Shown here one piece after another: positions 9,880 to 19,408 of a DNA stretch of 64,000 nt. Location of the stretch: positions 65,267-129,266 of the forward strand of contig JAPLXG010000013.1 of assembly GCA_026396175.1 (NCBI GenBank). The letters are read 5' to 3'. Within the stretch, counting starts at the first letter, position 1, and each line of letters starts with the position of its first letter. This stretch comes from Candidatus Moraniibacteriota bacterium. GTDB lineage: Bacteria; Patescibacteriota; Minisyncoccia; Moranbacterales; UBA2206. Made by a program: the position numbers and the translations under genes. The notes beneath the pieces are model-generated. The model was not told the origin of the DNA and did not search any database. It worked only from the letters and a program-made list of their open reading frames with translations.

Positions 9880-9932
9880 CCACGGCAAGCTCAAGGATTT
9901 CTCTTGAGCATCTGCCGTGGTTTTTTTATTTT
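9880..9932 (+). terminator. Intrinsic terminator hairpin
   Basis: ccacggca-gctcaag...cttgagc-tgccgtgg followed by a T-tract, between convergent genes. Confidence 0.7.
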
Positions 9933-10505
9933 CTAAATTTCCTCCAAATGCTTCACGCAATTTTCCAAAATAATCTTTCCTTTCACTCCATCTTTTAATT
10001 CATAGATATACACCGAAGTATTTTTCGGTTTCTCCACTTCAGAAAAACGATCTACTGGAATTCCCAGTATAATAGCATGAAGGACTCGGCCAAACCCACC
10101 ATGAGAGATAATAAGCACATTTTCCTGCGGATGCTTTTTATAAATCTCGCCCACCGCGCGAGCGACTCTTTCATATAACTGCGCGATTGTTTCCACGTCT
10201 GCTGGAAGATTGTCCCAATCGACCTCACTCGCTATCTTTCCTTGATAGCTTCCCAGGTTTCTTTCCCGCAGATTTTCCTTAAAATATATCGGAGCCTCGT
10301 GATGGACAATTATTTTTTCCGCCGTATCCACCACTCTTTTAAGATCACTGCTATAGATGACGTCAAACTTGATGTCTTTCAATCTTTCGGCCACTTTTTC
10401 CGCCTGACGCAAACCCTCTTTTGAAAGTTTGCCTGGACGATGACCCTGCAGGATAAACTTAGCATTATCGACTGTCCGTCCATGTCGCACGATGTATAAT
10501 TTCAT
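9933..10505 (-). CDS. Histidine phosphatase (phosphoglycerate mutase-like)
   Basis: YIVRHG, SSDLKR, ISHGG motifs; ATG 10505. Confidence 0.9.
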   Translation of the reverse strand: MKLYIVRHGRTVDNAKFILQGHRPGKLSKEGLRQAEKVAERLKDIKFDVIYSSDLKRVVDTAEKIIVHHEAPIYFKENLRERNLGSYQGKIASEVDWDNLPADVETIAQLYERVARAVGEIYKKHPQENVLIISHGGFGRVLHAIILGIPVDRFSEVEKPKNTSVYIYELKDGVKGKIILENCVKHLEEI

Positions 10506-10519
10506 AGTTTTAAAAAAAA

Positions 10520-10885
10520 TTAATCCACCCGCTCCAACATCAAAATTCTTTTCCGAAATCCGCCTCTTTTCTCCGCTTTTTCTTTTTGCACTTTTTTGAC
10601 TGTTTCCCAATCCAGTCCGCTAAACTCAAGAATGGTGTCAAGTAGTTCCGTCACGTCACTCATCTCTTCGATCAAATGCTCCTTGTCCGTTGTGTTGGCC
10701 AGCTCATTGGCTTCTTCTTCGACTTTATGCAACAGATATTGCAAATATTCCTTATCGTCTTCGAGGATTCTCGTTTTCACTTTCTGGCCTTTTAATTTTT
10801 CCACAATCTCAGGAATATTATCCCGCACAAGTTTGGGATATTCATTTTCTTTTTTTAGGTCTGTTTCAAAGTGTTTGAAATTCAT
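10520..10885 (-). CDS. All-alpha NTP pyrophosphohydrolase (MazG/HisE-like)
   Basis: KLVRDNIP, EEANE...EEMSD, KAEKRGGF. Confidence 0.85.
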   Translation of the reverse strand: MNFKHFETDLKKENEYPKLVRDNIPEIVEKLKGQKVKTRILEDDKEYLQYLLHKVEEEANELANTTDKEHLIEEMSDVTELLDTILEFSGLDWETVKKVQKEKAEKRGGFRKRILMLERVD

Positions 10886-10947
10886 AGAATTTGTCTCAAA
10901 AGATTAAACCATTGACAATAGAGCCAAAGTAGCCTACTTTAAATTTT

Positions 10948-11075
10948 ACAGGATTAAGGATAAAAATACGAGAGCCACAAAACACCGAGGAATCGTTGGT
11001 ACAATCAAACTTGCTATGCTTTTGAGGCAAGGGCGAACCAACTCGACGGGTGCCAGAGTATAACCTTAATCCTGT
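10948..11075 (+). ncRNA. Candidate small structured RNA (rod-like, possibly 6S-like)
   Basis: TTGACA(10912)-N17-TACTTT promoter puts +1 at about 10948; 12-bp closing stem acaggattaagg/ccttaatcctgt, nested internal stems and a U-tract. Confidence 0.6.
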
Positions 11076-11129
11076 TTTTTTATTGGCTTATTCTCACTTT
11101 GCATAATACAAGTTTATGCGGTTTTATCA

Positions 11130-11726
11130 TTATCCAGAATAATTTTTTCTTTTATTATACAACCTTTCTGTAAATCCACCTTGCTGTAAGAAGTCTTGAC
11201 TAAGTTTTTTTAGTTGTTGATCCAGCAAGTAATTCGTTTGATGAATAAGACAGATTAGCGCATTAGCAGCCGTTTCTGCATTTTTCAAATAAGTCTCATA
11301 CGTCCTATACGACCTATCTTGACTATAAGCAAGATTACGAACTGTTTTCGCTTCTTGCGAATCCTTGACCCATATTCACAACCTACCCTGCCGCAAGAAA
11401 TCTTCATAATCAATTAGCAATTCCTCCAAACTCGCCCGAGCCACACTGGTCAATTTTATTTCCGTCTTTTTTGAAGTTCCAGAGGCCTGGCTTCCTTCGG
11501 CAATATTTTGTCGACCGCTTCTCGCCGCTTGCACCATTTGATCATGCGTCCTATTTGTCCCATATGTCCTATCGATGAATTTTTTGCAAAAATCCACCGT
11601 TAAGTCATAGACCAAAGTAGCCATTTGGTATGATTTTAGATTGCGGTATCCTCCATGCTTAAAGAGCAACTCGTTTCTATCAGACAGATCGGACCCATTG
11701 GACATATTTTTGAGATAATCGCCCAT
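11130..11726 (-). pseudogene. Four-helix-bundle protein with 'suffix' domain, interrupted by one in-frame TGA at 11376-11378
   Basis: GGYRNLKSYQ...DQMVQAARSGRQNIAEGS; frame continues past TGA as IWVKDS...ANALICLIHQTNYLLDQQ...GGFTERLY to TAA 11130. Confidence 0.8.
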
Positions 11727-11777
11727 GATTTGCCAAGAAACAGCGAGGAGAAAAATCCCCTCGCTGTTTATCAAAAT

Positions 11778-13700
11778 TTATTCTTTTTTACCTTCTTCTT
11801 TTGACTCATCCTTCGTCTCCGCATCTTTCACCCCGTCCGCCGATGAGGCGGGTTCGCCTTCCTTTGGTTGTTCCCCAGCTGGTGGCGTCTGCGCCTCCTG
11901 CGCAGCCTTATACAACTTCTCCCCAATCTTCTGCGCTTCTTGAGAAAGCTCTTCAGTCGCTTTTTTGATCGCTTCAGAGTCATCGCCGTCCTTTACTTTT
12001 TTCAAAGCCTCAATTTTTTCTTCGACTGGTTTTTTCTCGTCGGCAGTTATTTTGTCTCCGGCGTCGCGAAGGGCTTTTTCAGTTGTATAGACCAGCGTGT
12101 CGGCCATATTCTTGGCTTCGATGGCTTCTTTCTTTTTTTTGTCTTCTTCCGCGTGGACTTCGGCGTCTTTTTTCATCTTCTCGATTTCTTCCTTGGAAAG
12201 TCCCGTGGAAGCTTCGATGCGGATTGATTGTTCTTTATTCGTGGCTTTGTCTTTCGCTTTGACGTTTAGGATTCCATTGGCATCGATGTCAAAAGTCACT
12301 TCGACTTGCGGAATGCCCCGAGGTGAAGGTGGAATGCCATCGAGAATGAACCGTCCTAAAGTTTTATTGTCAGCAGCCATTTCTCTTTCGCCTTGCAGAA
12401 CATGAATTTCCACGGATGGTTGATTGTCAGCGGCGGTTGAAAAGACTTGAGATTTGGATGTTGGGATTGTCGTGTTTCGGTCGATGAGCGGTGTGCGCAC
12501 GCCTCCCATTGTTTCAATTCCAAATGTCAGTGGTGTCACGTCAAGAAGCAAAACATCTTTCACATCTCCTTGCAAAACTCCACCTTGAATGGCGGCGCCG
12601 AGCGCAACCACCTCATCAGGGTTCACGGTGATATTTGGTTTTTTGCCAAAGAATTTTTCCACGGTCGTTAGCACGAGTGGCATTCTGGTCATTCCTCCAA
12701 CCAAGACCACTTCGTTGATGTCAGTTACAGAAAGTTTTGCATCAGCCAAAGCTTTTTTGGTTGGCTCAAGTGTTTTTTGGATCAAATCCCCTACCAATTC
12801 TTCCAATTTGGAACGAGTCAGTTTCATCACCAGATGCTTTGGACCATTGGCGTCCGTTGTAATGAAGGGCTGATTAATTTCTGATTCCATCGCCGTGGAA
12901 AGTTCAATCTTAGCTTTTTCCGCTGCTTCTTTGATTCTCTGCAAGGCCAATGAATCCTTGGAAAGATCAATTGCTTCTTGTTTTTTGAATTCGGAAATGA
13001 TCCAGTTGATGATGATTTGATCAAAGTCGTCTCCTCCAAGGTGCGTGTCACCATTGGTTGATTTCACTTCCACTGTGTCTTCCGACACTTCCAAAATGGA
13101 AATGTCAAAAGTTCCCCCGCCTAAATCATAGACAGCAATTTTCTCGTCTTTCTTTTTGTTGAAACCATAGGCCAAAGCAGCCGCTGTTGGTTCATTGATA
13201 ATTCGGCGCACATTGAGGCCGGCAATTTCACCGGCTTCTTTGGTCGCTTTTCTTTGCGCGTCGTCAAAGTAGGCTGGAACAGTAATCACGGCTTCAGTAA
13301 TTTTCTCACCCAACTTTTCCTCCGCATCCGCTTTCAGTTTTGCCAAAATCATCGCCGAAATTTCTTGTGGAGTATATTCTTTATCGCCCATCACTACTTT
13401 CACGCCACCATTGGCTTTCACAATTTTATAGGGAAGCAACTTTAAATCACGTTGCACTTCTTCGTCTTCAAACTTTCGTCCAATCAATCGCTTGATGGAA
13501 TAGAGCGTATTGCCCGGATTGGTCACAGCTTGGCGCTTAGCCAAAAGCCCGACCAATCTTTCATTGGACTTGGAAATCGCCACCATCGACGGTGTTGTGC
13601 GATTTCCCTCCTTGTTTTCGATAATGCTGGGCGAACCACCTTCCACGACTGCCATGGCAGAGTTGGTCGTCCCCAAATCGATTCCTAATATTTTACTCAT
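11778..13700 (-). CDS. dnaK: Chaperone DnaK
   Basis: [35 protein letters not shown]. Confidence 0.98.
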   Translation of the reverse strand: MSKILGIDLGTTNSAMAVVEGGSPSIIENKEGNRTTPSMVAISKSNERLVGLLAKRQAVTNPGNTLYSIKRLIGRKFEDEEVQRDLKLLPYKIVKANGGVKVVMGDKEYTPQEISAMILAKLKADAEEKLGEKITEAVITVPAYFDDAQRKATKEAGEIAGLNVRRIINEPTAAALAYGFNKKKDEKIAVYDLGGGTFDISILEVSEDTVEVKSTNGDTHLGGDDFDQIIINWIISEFKKQEAIDLSKDSLALQRIKEAAEKAKIELSTAMESEINQPFITTDANGPKHLVMKLTRSKLEELVGDLIQKTLEPTKKALADAKLSVTDINEVVLVGGMTRMPLVLTTVEKFFGKKPNITVNPDEVVALGAAIQGGVLQGDVKDVLLLDVTPLTFGIETMGGVRTPLIDRNTTIPTSKSQVFSTAADNQPSVEIHVLQGEREMAADNKTLGRFILDGIPPSPRGIPQVEVTFDIDANGILNVKAKDKATNKEQSIRIEASTGLSKEEIEKMKKDAEVHAEEDKKKKEAIEAKNMADTLVYTTEKALRDAGDKITADEKKPVEEKIEALKKVKDGDDSEAIKKATEELSQEAQKIGEKLYKAAQEAQTPPAGEQPKEGEPASSADGVKDAETKDESKEEGKKE

Positions 13701-13916
13701 ACATATTGGTTAGCGATACTTTGCATCATTTATGTCGATGCCTAGCACGCCTTACTTTAAATAATTTTATTATAATTCTAAATTTTAAATTAGTCCTCAA
13801 AGGATAAGCTTGGGGCAAAAAATTTTAAACCAATATCAAATGCTAAATTTTTAAATCATTAAAACATTTAATAATTTAGCCTTCATTTCAAATTTTAAAT
13901 TGCAAATTTCAAATTT

Positions 13917-14543
13917 TCACTCCACGATTACCCGCGCCGCCCGGATTACCTTTCCCCCGAGCTTATAACCTCTTAAAACAACTTTTTTAATTTTATTCTC
14001 CAATTCCTCATTATTGTTCGTAGATTCAGATACGTTTCGTAGTTTCGAATCGGTGACAGCTTCATGCAAATTCGGATCAAACTCATCCCCCACTTTGACA
14101 TCCATTTCGGTCACTCCATTTTCCTTGAGCACATCTTCCAATTGTTTTTGGATATATATAATGCCCACTACCCATGGCACGTTTTTTTGCTCTTCCGGAA
14201 TATGCTCAGTTGCGCTGTGAAAGTTATCAATCACCGGAATAATCTGAAGCATAAAATCTTCTTTCACATATTCTCCAAGACTTTTCTGATTCTCCTGTTG
14301 ACGCTTTTTATAGTTTTCGAAATCCGCCATGCATCTCCGCCAACCAAGTAGATACGTGTCCGCCAAAGCTTTCTCGTCCGCCGTAGCTTTAGCAGAGGAG
14401 GAAGCGTCGGAGGATTCTTCTTCTTTACTCTCCTTCTTTACTGCTTTTTTAAAAATACTCTTTTTTACATCTTTTATTTCTCCCCTGCCTGCATCGCTAT
14501 GCGAAGCATTGCAGGCAGGTTCAATTTTTTTTTCATCCGTCAT
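13917..14543 (-). CDS. grpE: Nucleotide exchange factor GrpE
   Basis: ADFENYKKR, FDPNLHEAV, GYKLGGKVIRAARV; lies between hrcA and dnaK. Confidence 0.93.
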   Translation of the reverse strand: MTDEKKIEPACNASHSDAGRGEIKDVKKSIFKKAVKKESKEEESSDASSSAKATADEKALADTYLLGWRRCMADFENYKKRQQENQKSLGEYVKEDFMLQIIPVIDNFHSATEHIPEEQKNVPWVVGIIYIQKQLEDVLKENGVTEMDVKVGDEFDPNLHEAVTDSKLRNVSESTNNNEELENKIKKVVLRGYKLGGKVIRAARVIVE

Positions 14544-14546
14544 ATT

Positions 14547-15284
14547 TTAGATAAAATTTATAACAATTAAAAGCACTGCACTCGAACTTAAAAACTTTTT
14601 CATATATTCCATCAAGGATTTGTTTTTGGCATATTTCATCCGCTTTGGTCCGATGATCGCAAGCAGTCCTTTTTCGCCTTCCTGCGTTTCATAGGGCGAA
14701 ACAATCATTGAACAGTTGGAAATGCCTTTGATGGGGTTTTCTTTACCGATAAAAATCTTCGTTTCTCCCAGTTTGATTTTTTTTAAAATTGCATCCACAT
14801 TTTCGTCGATATAGTCCAGGGCTTCTGCCACTTTGCAAAACTCGTCAATTTCTTGGAATTCTGGATTTTCCAAAAGTTCCTTCATTCCAAAATCATAGAA
14901 TTGTTTTTCAAAGCCAGTCACCGCGAGACTACCGCTGAGCGAAGAAAGAAGTTTCGCAGTCGCCCGCGAAAGTCGATTGTTTTGTGCTTTCATTTTCAAA
15001 AGTTCCACTTGCATCTTTTTCTGTTCCGCGAGGCTCAGCTCTTGCTCAGCCATTATCTCTTCGACAAAATAGCGATAACCCTTGTCAGTGGGAATGCGAC
15101 CGGCTGAAGTATGCGGTTGATAGAGATAGCCAGCTTTTTCCAGCTCGGCCATATCGTTTCTGATTGTCGCCGAACTCAAACCAAGCGCATATTTTTCCGC
15201 CAAAACCTTTGAACCGACCGCCACGGCTGTTGCGGTATATTCTTCCACCACGGCCGCCAAAATTTTTTGTTGTCTTTCTTCCAT
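14547..15284 (-). CDS. hrcA: Heat-inducible repressor HrcA (short form)
   Basis: SSATIRNDM, QPHTSAGRIPT, IIGPKRMKY. Confidence 0.93.
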   Translation of the reverse strand: MEERQQKILAAVVEEYTATAVAVGSKVLAEKYALGLSSATIRNDMAELEKAGYLYQPHTSAGRIPTDKGYRYFVEEIMAEQELSLAEQKKMQVELLKMKAQNNRLSRATAKLLSSLSGSLAVTGFEKQFYDFGMKELLENPEFQEIDEFCKVAEALDYIDENVDAILKKIKLGETKIFIGKENPIKGISNCSMIVSPYETQEGEKGLLAIIGPKRMKYAKNKSLMEYMKKFLSSSAVLLIVINFI

Positions 15285-15290
15285 AGTTCT

Positions 15291-15328
15291 ATTCTAAATC
15301 ATTAGCACTCGAGTGTCAAGAGTGCTAA
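15291..15328 (-). promoter_or_regulatory. Perfect CIRCE (15302-15328) overlapping a TTGACA-N17-TAGAAT promoter; leaderless hrcA start
   Basis: TTAGCACTC-N9-GAGTGCTAA; -35 at 15314-15319, -10 at 15291-15296, ATG 6 nt further on. Confidence 0.9.
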
Positions 15329-15441
15329 ATCTAATTTTACACGGATTATTTTTGCTGTCAATAGCTTAGAATATTTGGCTTAATTTAAGACAAAAAACCC
15401 ATGCTATTTCCGCCTTCATTTTCACGAGAATAAACTCTAAT

Positions 15442-15600
15442 GTGTCATTCCCGCGAAGGCGGGAATCCAGGTTCCGCTAGCCATAGACTCTGAAAAATCG
15501 AATTATAAATCCCCCAACTTTTATTTTCTAACAAGCAAATCTCGCTTTTCTTTTTTTATAGCCTGAGGCGCCTGGATCCCCGCCTCCGCGGGGATGACAC
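15442..15600. repeat. Palindromic element with ATTCCC-N8-GGGAAT (dRS3/RPE-like) arm
   Basis: gtgtcattcccgcgaaggcgggaatccag ... ctggatccccgcctccgcggggatgacac; sister copy inside elp3. Confidence 0.8.
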
Positions 15601-15763
15601 GATGCAAAAAAACGAGCGCGTGGCCCGTTTTTATAAAGTTAGCTGTTCAGGATTTGAAGGTTCAATTCAGGAGAATTGAACCGACATCGACTTCTATGGG
15701 AAATTCTTGTTTCTTGCTCGCCTGCCGAATCCGCCAGCTGGCGGAGTAGGTAGGTTTCTTGTT

Positions 15764-16774
15764 TTACAGCCCCGCCCTTTGCTTGTTCGCCAAATGCTCA
15801 TCATAGGTTTTGGCGTAATAGGTTTTTTTATCTGCGCCGGTTCCCGCGGTGAGAAAATAGGCATAATCAGATTTTTGCGGGCTGACTACCGCCAAGATTG
15901 CCTGCATCCCCGGGTTGGCAATCGGTCCTGGCGGCAGGCCTTTATTGGCATAGGTATTATAGGGCGAAGCTATTTTCGTTTGTTCGATGGTGTGACTAGA
16001 AACTGTGTCGTCCAGGACATAGGAAAGTGTGGCATCGCTTTGCAGTGGCATCCCCGCGTCTAGTCTATTTTCAAAAATTCCCGCCACAATTTTCATATCC
16101 GCCGCCGTCGGCACTTCTTTTTCCACGATGCTAGCAAGAATAATCACCTCATTCAGTTTTTTATTTTGGGTTTTTATCTCCGCAAGTAGCGTATCATCAA
16201 TTCTATTTTCAAAATTATCCAGCATTTTTTTGGCAATACTTTCCGCCGTCAAATCTTTTTTGAAAAAATAGGTATCAGGAAAAAGATAACCTTCGAGACT
16301 ACTGATTTTTGTGTCAGTGAGAAAGGCGTAGCGCGTGCGAAAACTGTCCGGAATATTGTTGACCAGTTGCAAAAATCCAGCGCCGTCAAAATTATTTTTC
16401 TTGAGCAATTCCGCCATATCTTTGGTAGTCAATCCTTCGGGAAAAGTGAGCTTCACCGCCTGCGCTTCAGGATTGGTAATCACGTGCGCGACTTCGGGGA
16501 TACTCAGGTTTCCGCTCAGCATATACACGCCCGGCATAATCTTGTTCAACAGATGGTTGGTATAGATGTAATAATAGAAATAGAATTTATGGGAAATTAT
16601 TTTCTTGCTTTCCAAGTTACTCGCAATTATTGCGTTGCCTTCGCCTTTTTTCACTTCAAAAACAATGACAGCTTTTTCGTTTCCGTGAGAAAAATAGACC
16701 TGATGGCGAAAATAAAAAAATCCACCAAGGAGGAGCAAGATCAAAATTACTAGAAAAAATAAAATTTTCTTCAT
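15764..16774 (-). CDS. mltG: Endolytic transglycosylase MltG (YceG)
   Basis: LEGYLFPDTY, ASIVEKE, SPYNTY..GLPPGPIANPG. Confidence 0.95.
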   Translation of the reverse strand: MKKILFFLVILILLLLGGFFYFRHQVYFSHGNEKAVIVFEVKKGEGNAIIASNLESKKIISHKFYFYYYIYTNHLLNKIMPGVYMLSGNLSIPEVAHVITNPEAQAVKLTFPEGLTTKDMAELLKKNNFDGAGFLQLVNNIPDSFRTRYAFLTDTKISSLEGYLFPDTYFFKKDLTAESIAKKMLDNFENRIDDTLLAEIKTQNKKLNEVIILASIVEKEVPTAADMKIVAGIFENRLDAGMPLQSDATLSYVLDDTVSSHTIEQTKIASPYNTYANKGLPPGPIANPGMQAILAVVSPQKSDYAYFLTAGTGADKKTYYAKTYDEHLANKQRAGL

Positions 16775-16787
16775 TTGTTGTGGTGAC

Positions 16788-17405
16788 TTAGCTTGTAATT
16801 AGGGGCACAAAAGAAAAGCCGGGATATTTCTCTTCGCTAAATTCTTCTTCGCTTTTTTTCTCAAGAAACACTAAGCTATTTCTGACTGGGATGACCATTT
16901 TCCCGCCAACTTTCAATTGCTTTTTCAACTCTTCTGGAATCTCCTCGGCAACGGCAGAAACTAAGATGCGATCAAACGGCGCCTCGGACGGATAGCCTAA
17001 ACTTCCATCTCCCAAAAAAATCTGCACTCGACCATCTTTGATATATTTGAATTTATCCACGTTATACTCACCAATTTTTTTCAACGCTTCTTTCCTTTCG
17101 ATTCCGATTACCTTCCCATTTTCTCCGACGATATAGGCAAAAAGTGCCGTTGTCCAACCCGATCCAACTCCCACATCCAAAATTTTATGCCCTTCTTGTG
17201 GGTCAAGCAGTTCAAACATTAGCGCAACTGTTGATGGCTGAGAAATTGTTTGTCCATAGCCAATTGGGAGCGCCACATCGGCGTCTGCTTGCGCGACAAA
17301 TTCCTCCGGCACAAATTCAATCCGACCTATTTCGGAAAAGGCATCGACTGTCCGGCTTGTTTGTAACGTTCCTATCCTGACTAGTTCGCTTACCAATTTA
17401 CTCAT
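16788..17405 (-). CDS. pcm: Protein-L-isoaspartate O-methyltransferase
   Basis: GQTISQP, LDVGVGSGW, APFDRILV. Confidence 0.92.
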   Translation of the reverse strand: MSKLVSELVRIGTLQTSRTVDAFSEIGRIEFVPEEFVAQADADVALPIGYGQTISQPSTVALMFELLDPQEGHKILDVGVGSGWTTALFAYIVGENGKVIGIERKEALKKIGEYNVDKFKYIKDGRVQIFLGDGSLGYPSEAPFDRILVSAVAEEIPEELKKQLKVGGKMVIPVRNSLVFLEKKSEEEFSEEKYPGFSFVPLITS

Positions 17406-17472
17406 AAATAAGTTTACCCCCGCATTCGTAAATTAGCTATCCACTTTTAGTCTAAAATTTAGATAAATTTAT

Positions 17473-17617
17473 GGCTTACGCGTTCACCAAAATCAATCTT
17501 TAAAGCGCGGGGTATTTCAGAGTTTGTTTTTTGTTTATTTTAGCCCCCAAAATCATTGGGGTTTTCTCAGCTTAATCTTGGCTATAGAAAAGCTTGCTTT
17601 TGGCAAACGCGTAAGCC
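17473..17617. repeat. Element with 12-bp terminal inverted repeats ggcttacgcgtt/aacgcgtaagcc
   Basis: Exact IR pair that resembles the outer GGACTTACGC arms of the four nested MITE copies. Confidence 0.55.
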
Positions 17618-17624
17618 TTGAAAT

Positions 17625-18065
17625 CTAAAGTCCCATCACTTGGATGATGATATCGCGCTTTCTCGCGCCGTCCATTTCCGCCACAAAAATATTCTGCTTG
17701 GAAGTAAGGATCATATGCCCTTTTTCCAAGGGAACCGTTTCACTGACTCCCAAAAGCATCACCTTACAATGCGAATGACCGTTGCTCCTCCCATCCGATT
17801 TATTTTTTTTAGCCAGCTCAAAAAGATCATGGGAATAGCGCTCGTCAACCGGCGCCAAGCGATAGAGTACACGGGTAAAGTCTTGCAAAAGCATCGGTTC
17901 GTTGTGATTGACGAAAATTCCAGCCGAAGTATGCGGAGAATAGATCAGCACCGTCCCTTCGCGTACGCCGGAAAGACTGACCACTTCCGCCACCTTGTCG
18001 GTAATGTCAATAATTTCCACACTTGTGGTGCTGGTTATTTCGATTTTTTTGCGGAATATTTTCAT
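17625..18065 (-). CDS. yjbQ: YjbQ/UPF0047 family protein
   Basis: HTSAG, Y.HD, NGHSH, E.DG.R.R. Confidence 0.9.
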   Translation of the reverse strand: MKIFRKKIEITSTTSVEIIDITDKVAEVVSLSGVREGTVLIYSPHTSAGIFVNHNEPMLLQDFTRVLYRLAPVDERYSHDLFELAKKNKSDGRSNGHSHCKVMLLGVSETVPLEKGHMILTSKQNIFVAEMDGARKRDIIIQVMGL

Positions 18066-18175
18066 ATTATTATCCGATACGAAACTACGAATTGAATCCG
18101 AATCTACGAAAAAAATTCAGTAGCATTTCGTAGAGTTCGTAGATTCGCATATATTTCGTTGTTTCGAATCGGTTA

Positions 18176-19300
18176 TTATTTTTTAAACACGCCCGCCACC
18201 TTTTTGACCACGCTTTTATCCAGCGCTCTTGGAATTATTCTATCACGAGTTGGCTTTTTTACCAAACTGGCAATCGCATAGGCGACTTTAATTTTATGCT
18301 CTTCGGTAATTTTTTTAATTTTATTATCCAACACGCCACGAAAAATTCCCGGAAACGCCAAAACATTGTTAATTTGATTGGCAAAGTCCGAGCGGCCAGT
18401 CGCCACAATGCGCGCGCCACCAGCTTTGGCACGGTCCGGCAAAATTTCCGGAATGGGATTAGCCATCGCAAACACAATTGAATTTTTATTCATCTGCGCG
18501 ATATCTTCTTCCGTGAGAATATTGGGCGCTGAAACGCCAATAAACACGTCCGCGAGATGAAGTGCGTCACGCACATTACCTTTGACATTTTCCGGATTCG
18601 TAATTTTGGCAATTTCCATTTTTGATCCATTAAGCCCACCCGCTCTTTCTCGATAGATTATCCCCATCCGATCGAGCATAATGATATTTTTCGCCCCCGC
18701 TTTAATGAGCAATTTGGCAATCGCCACACCCGCCGCGCCTGTCCCGGAAATGACAATTTTAATTTTTGCTAAATCTTTTTTAACCACTTTCAACGCATTG
18801 ATGAGTCCGGCCAGAACCACAATCGCCGTCCCATGTTGGTCATCGTGGAAAACCGGAATATCCAATTCTTTTTTCAAGCGTTCCTCAATCTCAAAACAAC
18901 GCGGCGCGCAAATATCTTCCAGGTTTATTCCGCCAAAAGTTGGCGCCAGTGCTTTTATTATTTTAATAATCTCCTGCGTATCTTGCGTCGCAAGCACAAT
19001 CGGAATCGCATCCACTCCGGCAAGTTCTTTCATCAGCAAAGCTTTGCCTTCCATCACCGGTAGCGCCGCTTCTGGACCAATATTGCCCAGGCCTAGTACC
19101 GCCGAGCCATCAGAAATCACCGCCACAGTATTTTTGCGAATGGTATATTGAAAAGATAATTTTTTATCCTTGGCAATTGCCTTCGACACTTCCGCCACCC
19201 CCGGAGTATACAAAACCGCCAGATTCTTATCTGTTAATTTAACTTTACTGCAAATTTCAATTTTCCCGCCGATTTTTTTGGAAAGCTTAATTGAATTCAT
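18176..19300 (-). CDS. NAD(P)-dependent malic enzyme (small bacterial type)
   Basis: YTPGVA, DGSAVLGLGNIG, EGKA, HDDQHGTA, ATGRSD.NQINN. Confidence 0.95.
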   Translation of the reverse strand: MNSIKLSKKIGGKIEICSKVKLTDKNLAVLYTPGVAEVSKAIAKDKKLSFQYTIRKNTVAVISDGSAVLGLGNIGPEAALPVMEGKALLMKELAGVDAIPIVLATQDTQEIIKIIKALAPTFGGINLEDICAPRCFEIEERLKKELDIPVFHDDQHGTAIVVLAGLINALKVVKKDLAKIKIVISGTGAAGVAIAKLLIKAGAKNIIMLDRMGIIYRERAGGLNGSKMEIAKITNPENVKGNVRDALHLADVFIGVSAPNILTEEDIAQMNKNSIVFAMANPIPEILPDRAKAGGARIVATGRSDFANQINNVLAFPGIFRGVLDNKIKKITEEHKIKVAYAIASLVKKPTRDRIIPRALDKSVVKKVAGVFKK

Positions 19301-19408
19301 AAATTATTCTAAGTGCTCTAATTGCCCTAATTATTCTAATGACCCTTTTAATTATACGGCGATTCTATCTCAGGTTAATTAGAACAATTAGACTAATTAG
19401 GTCAATTT

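Noticed and set aside
11376-11378. Alternative genetic code 25 (UGA=Gly)
   Set aside because: TGA terminates clear genes (dnaB, grpE, vsr, CD-NTase) and long genes have no internal TGA.
13710-13760. Degenerate duplication of the dnaK 5' end (VLGID-like)
   Set aside because: The match is short and out of frame, and a small hairpin repeat or chance explains it equally well.
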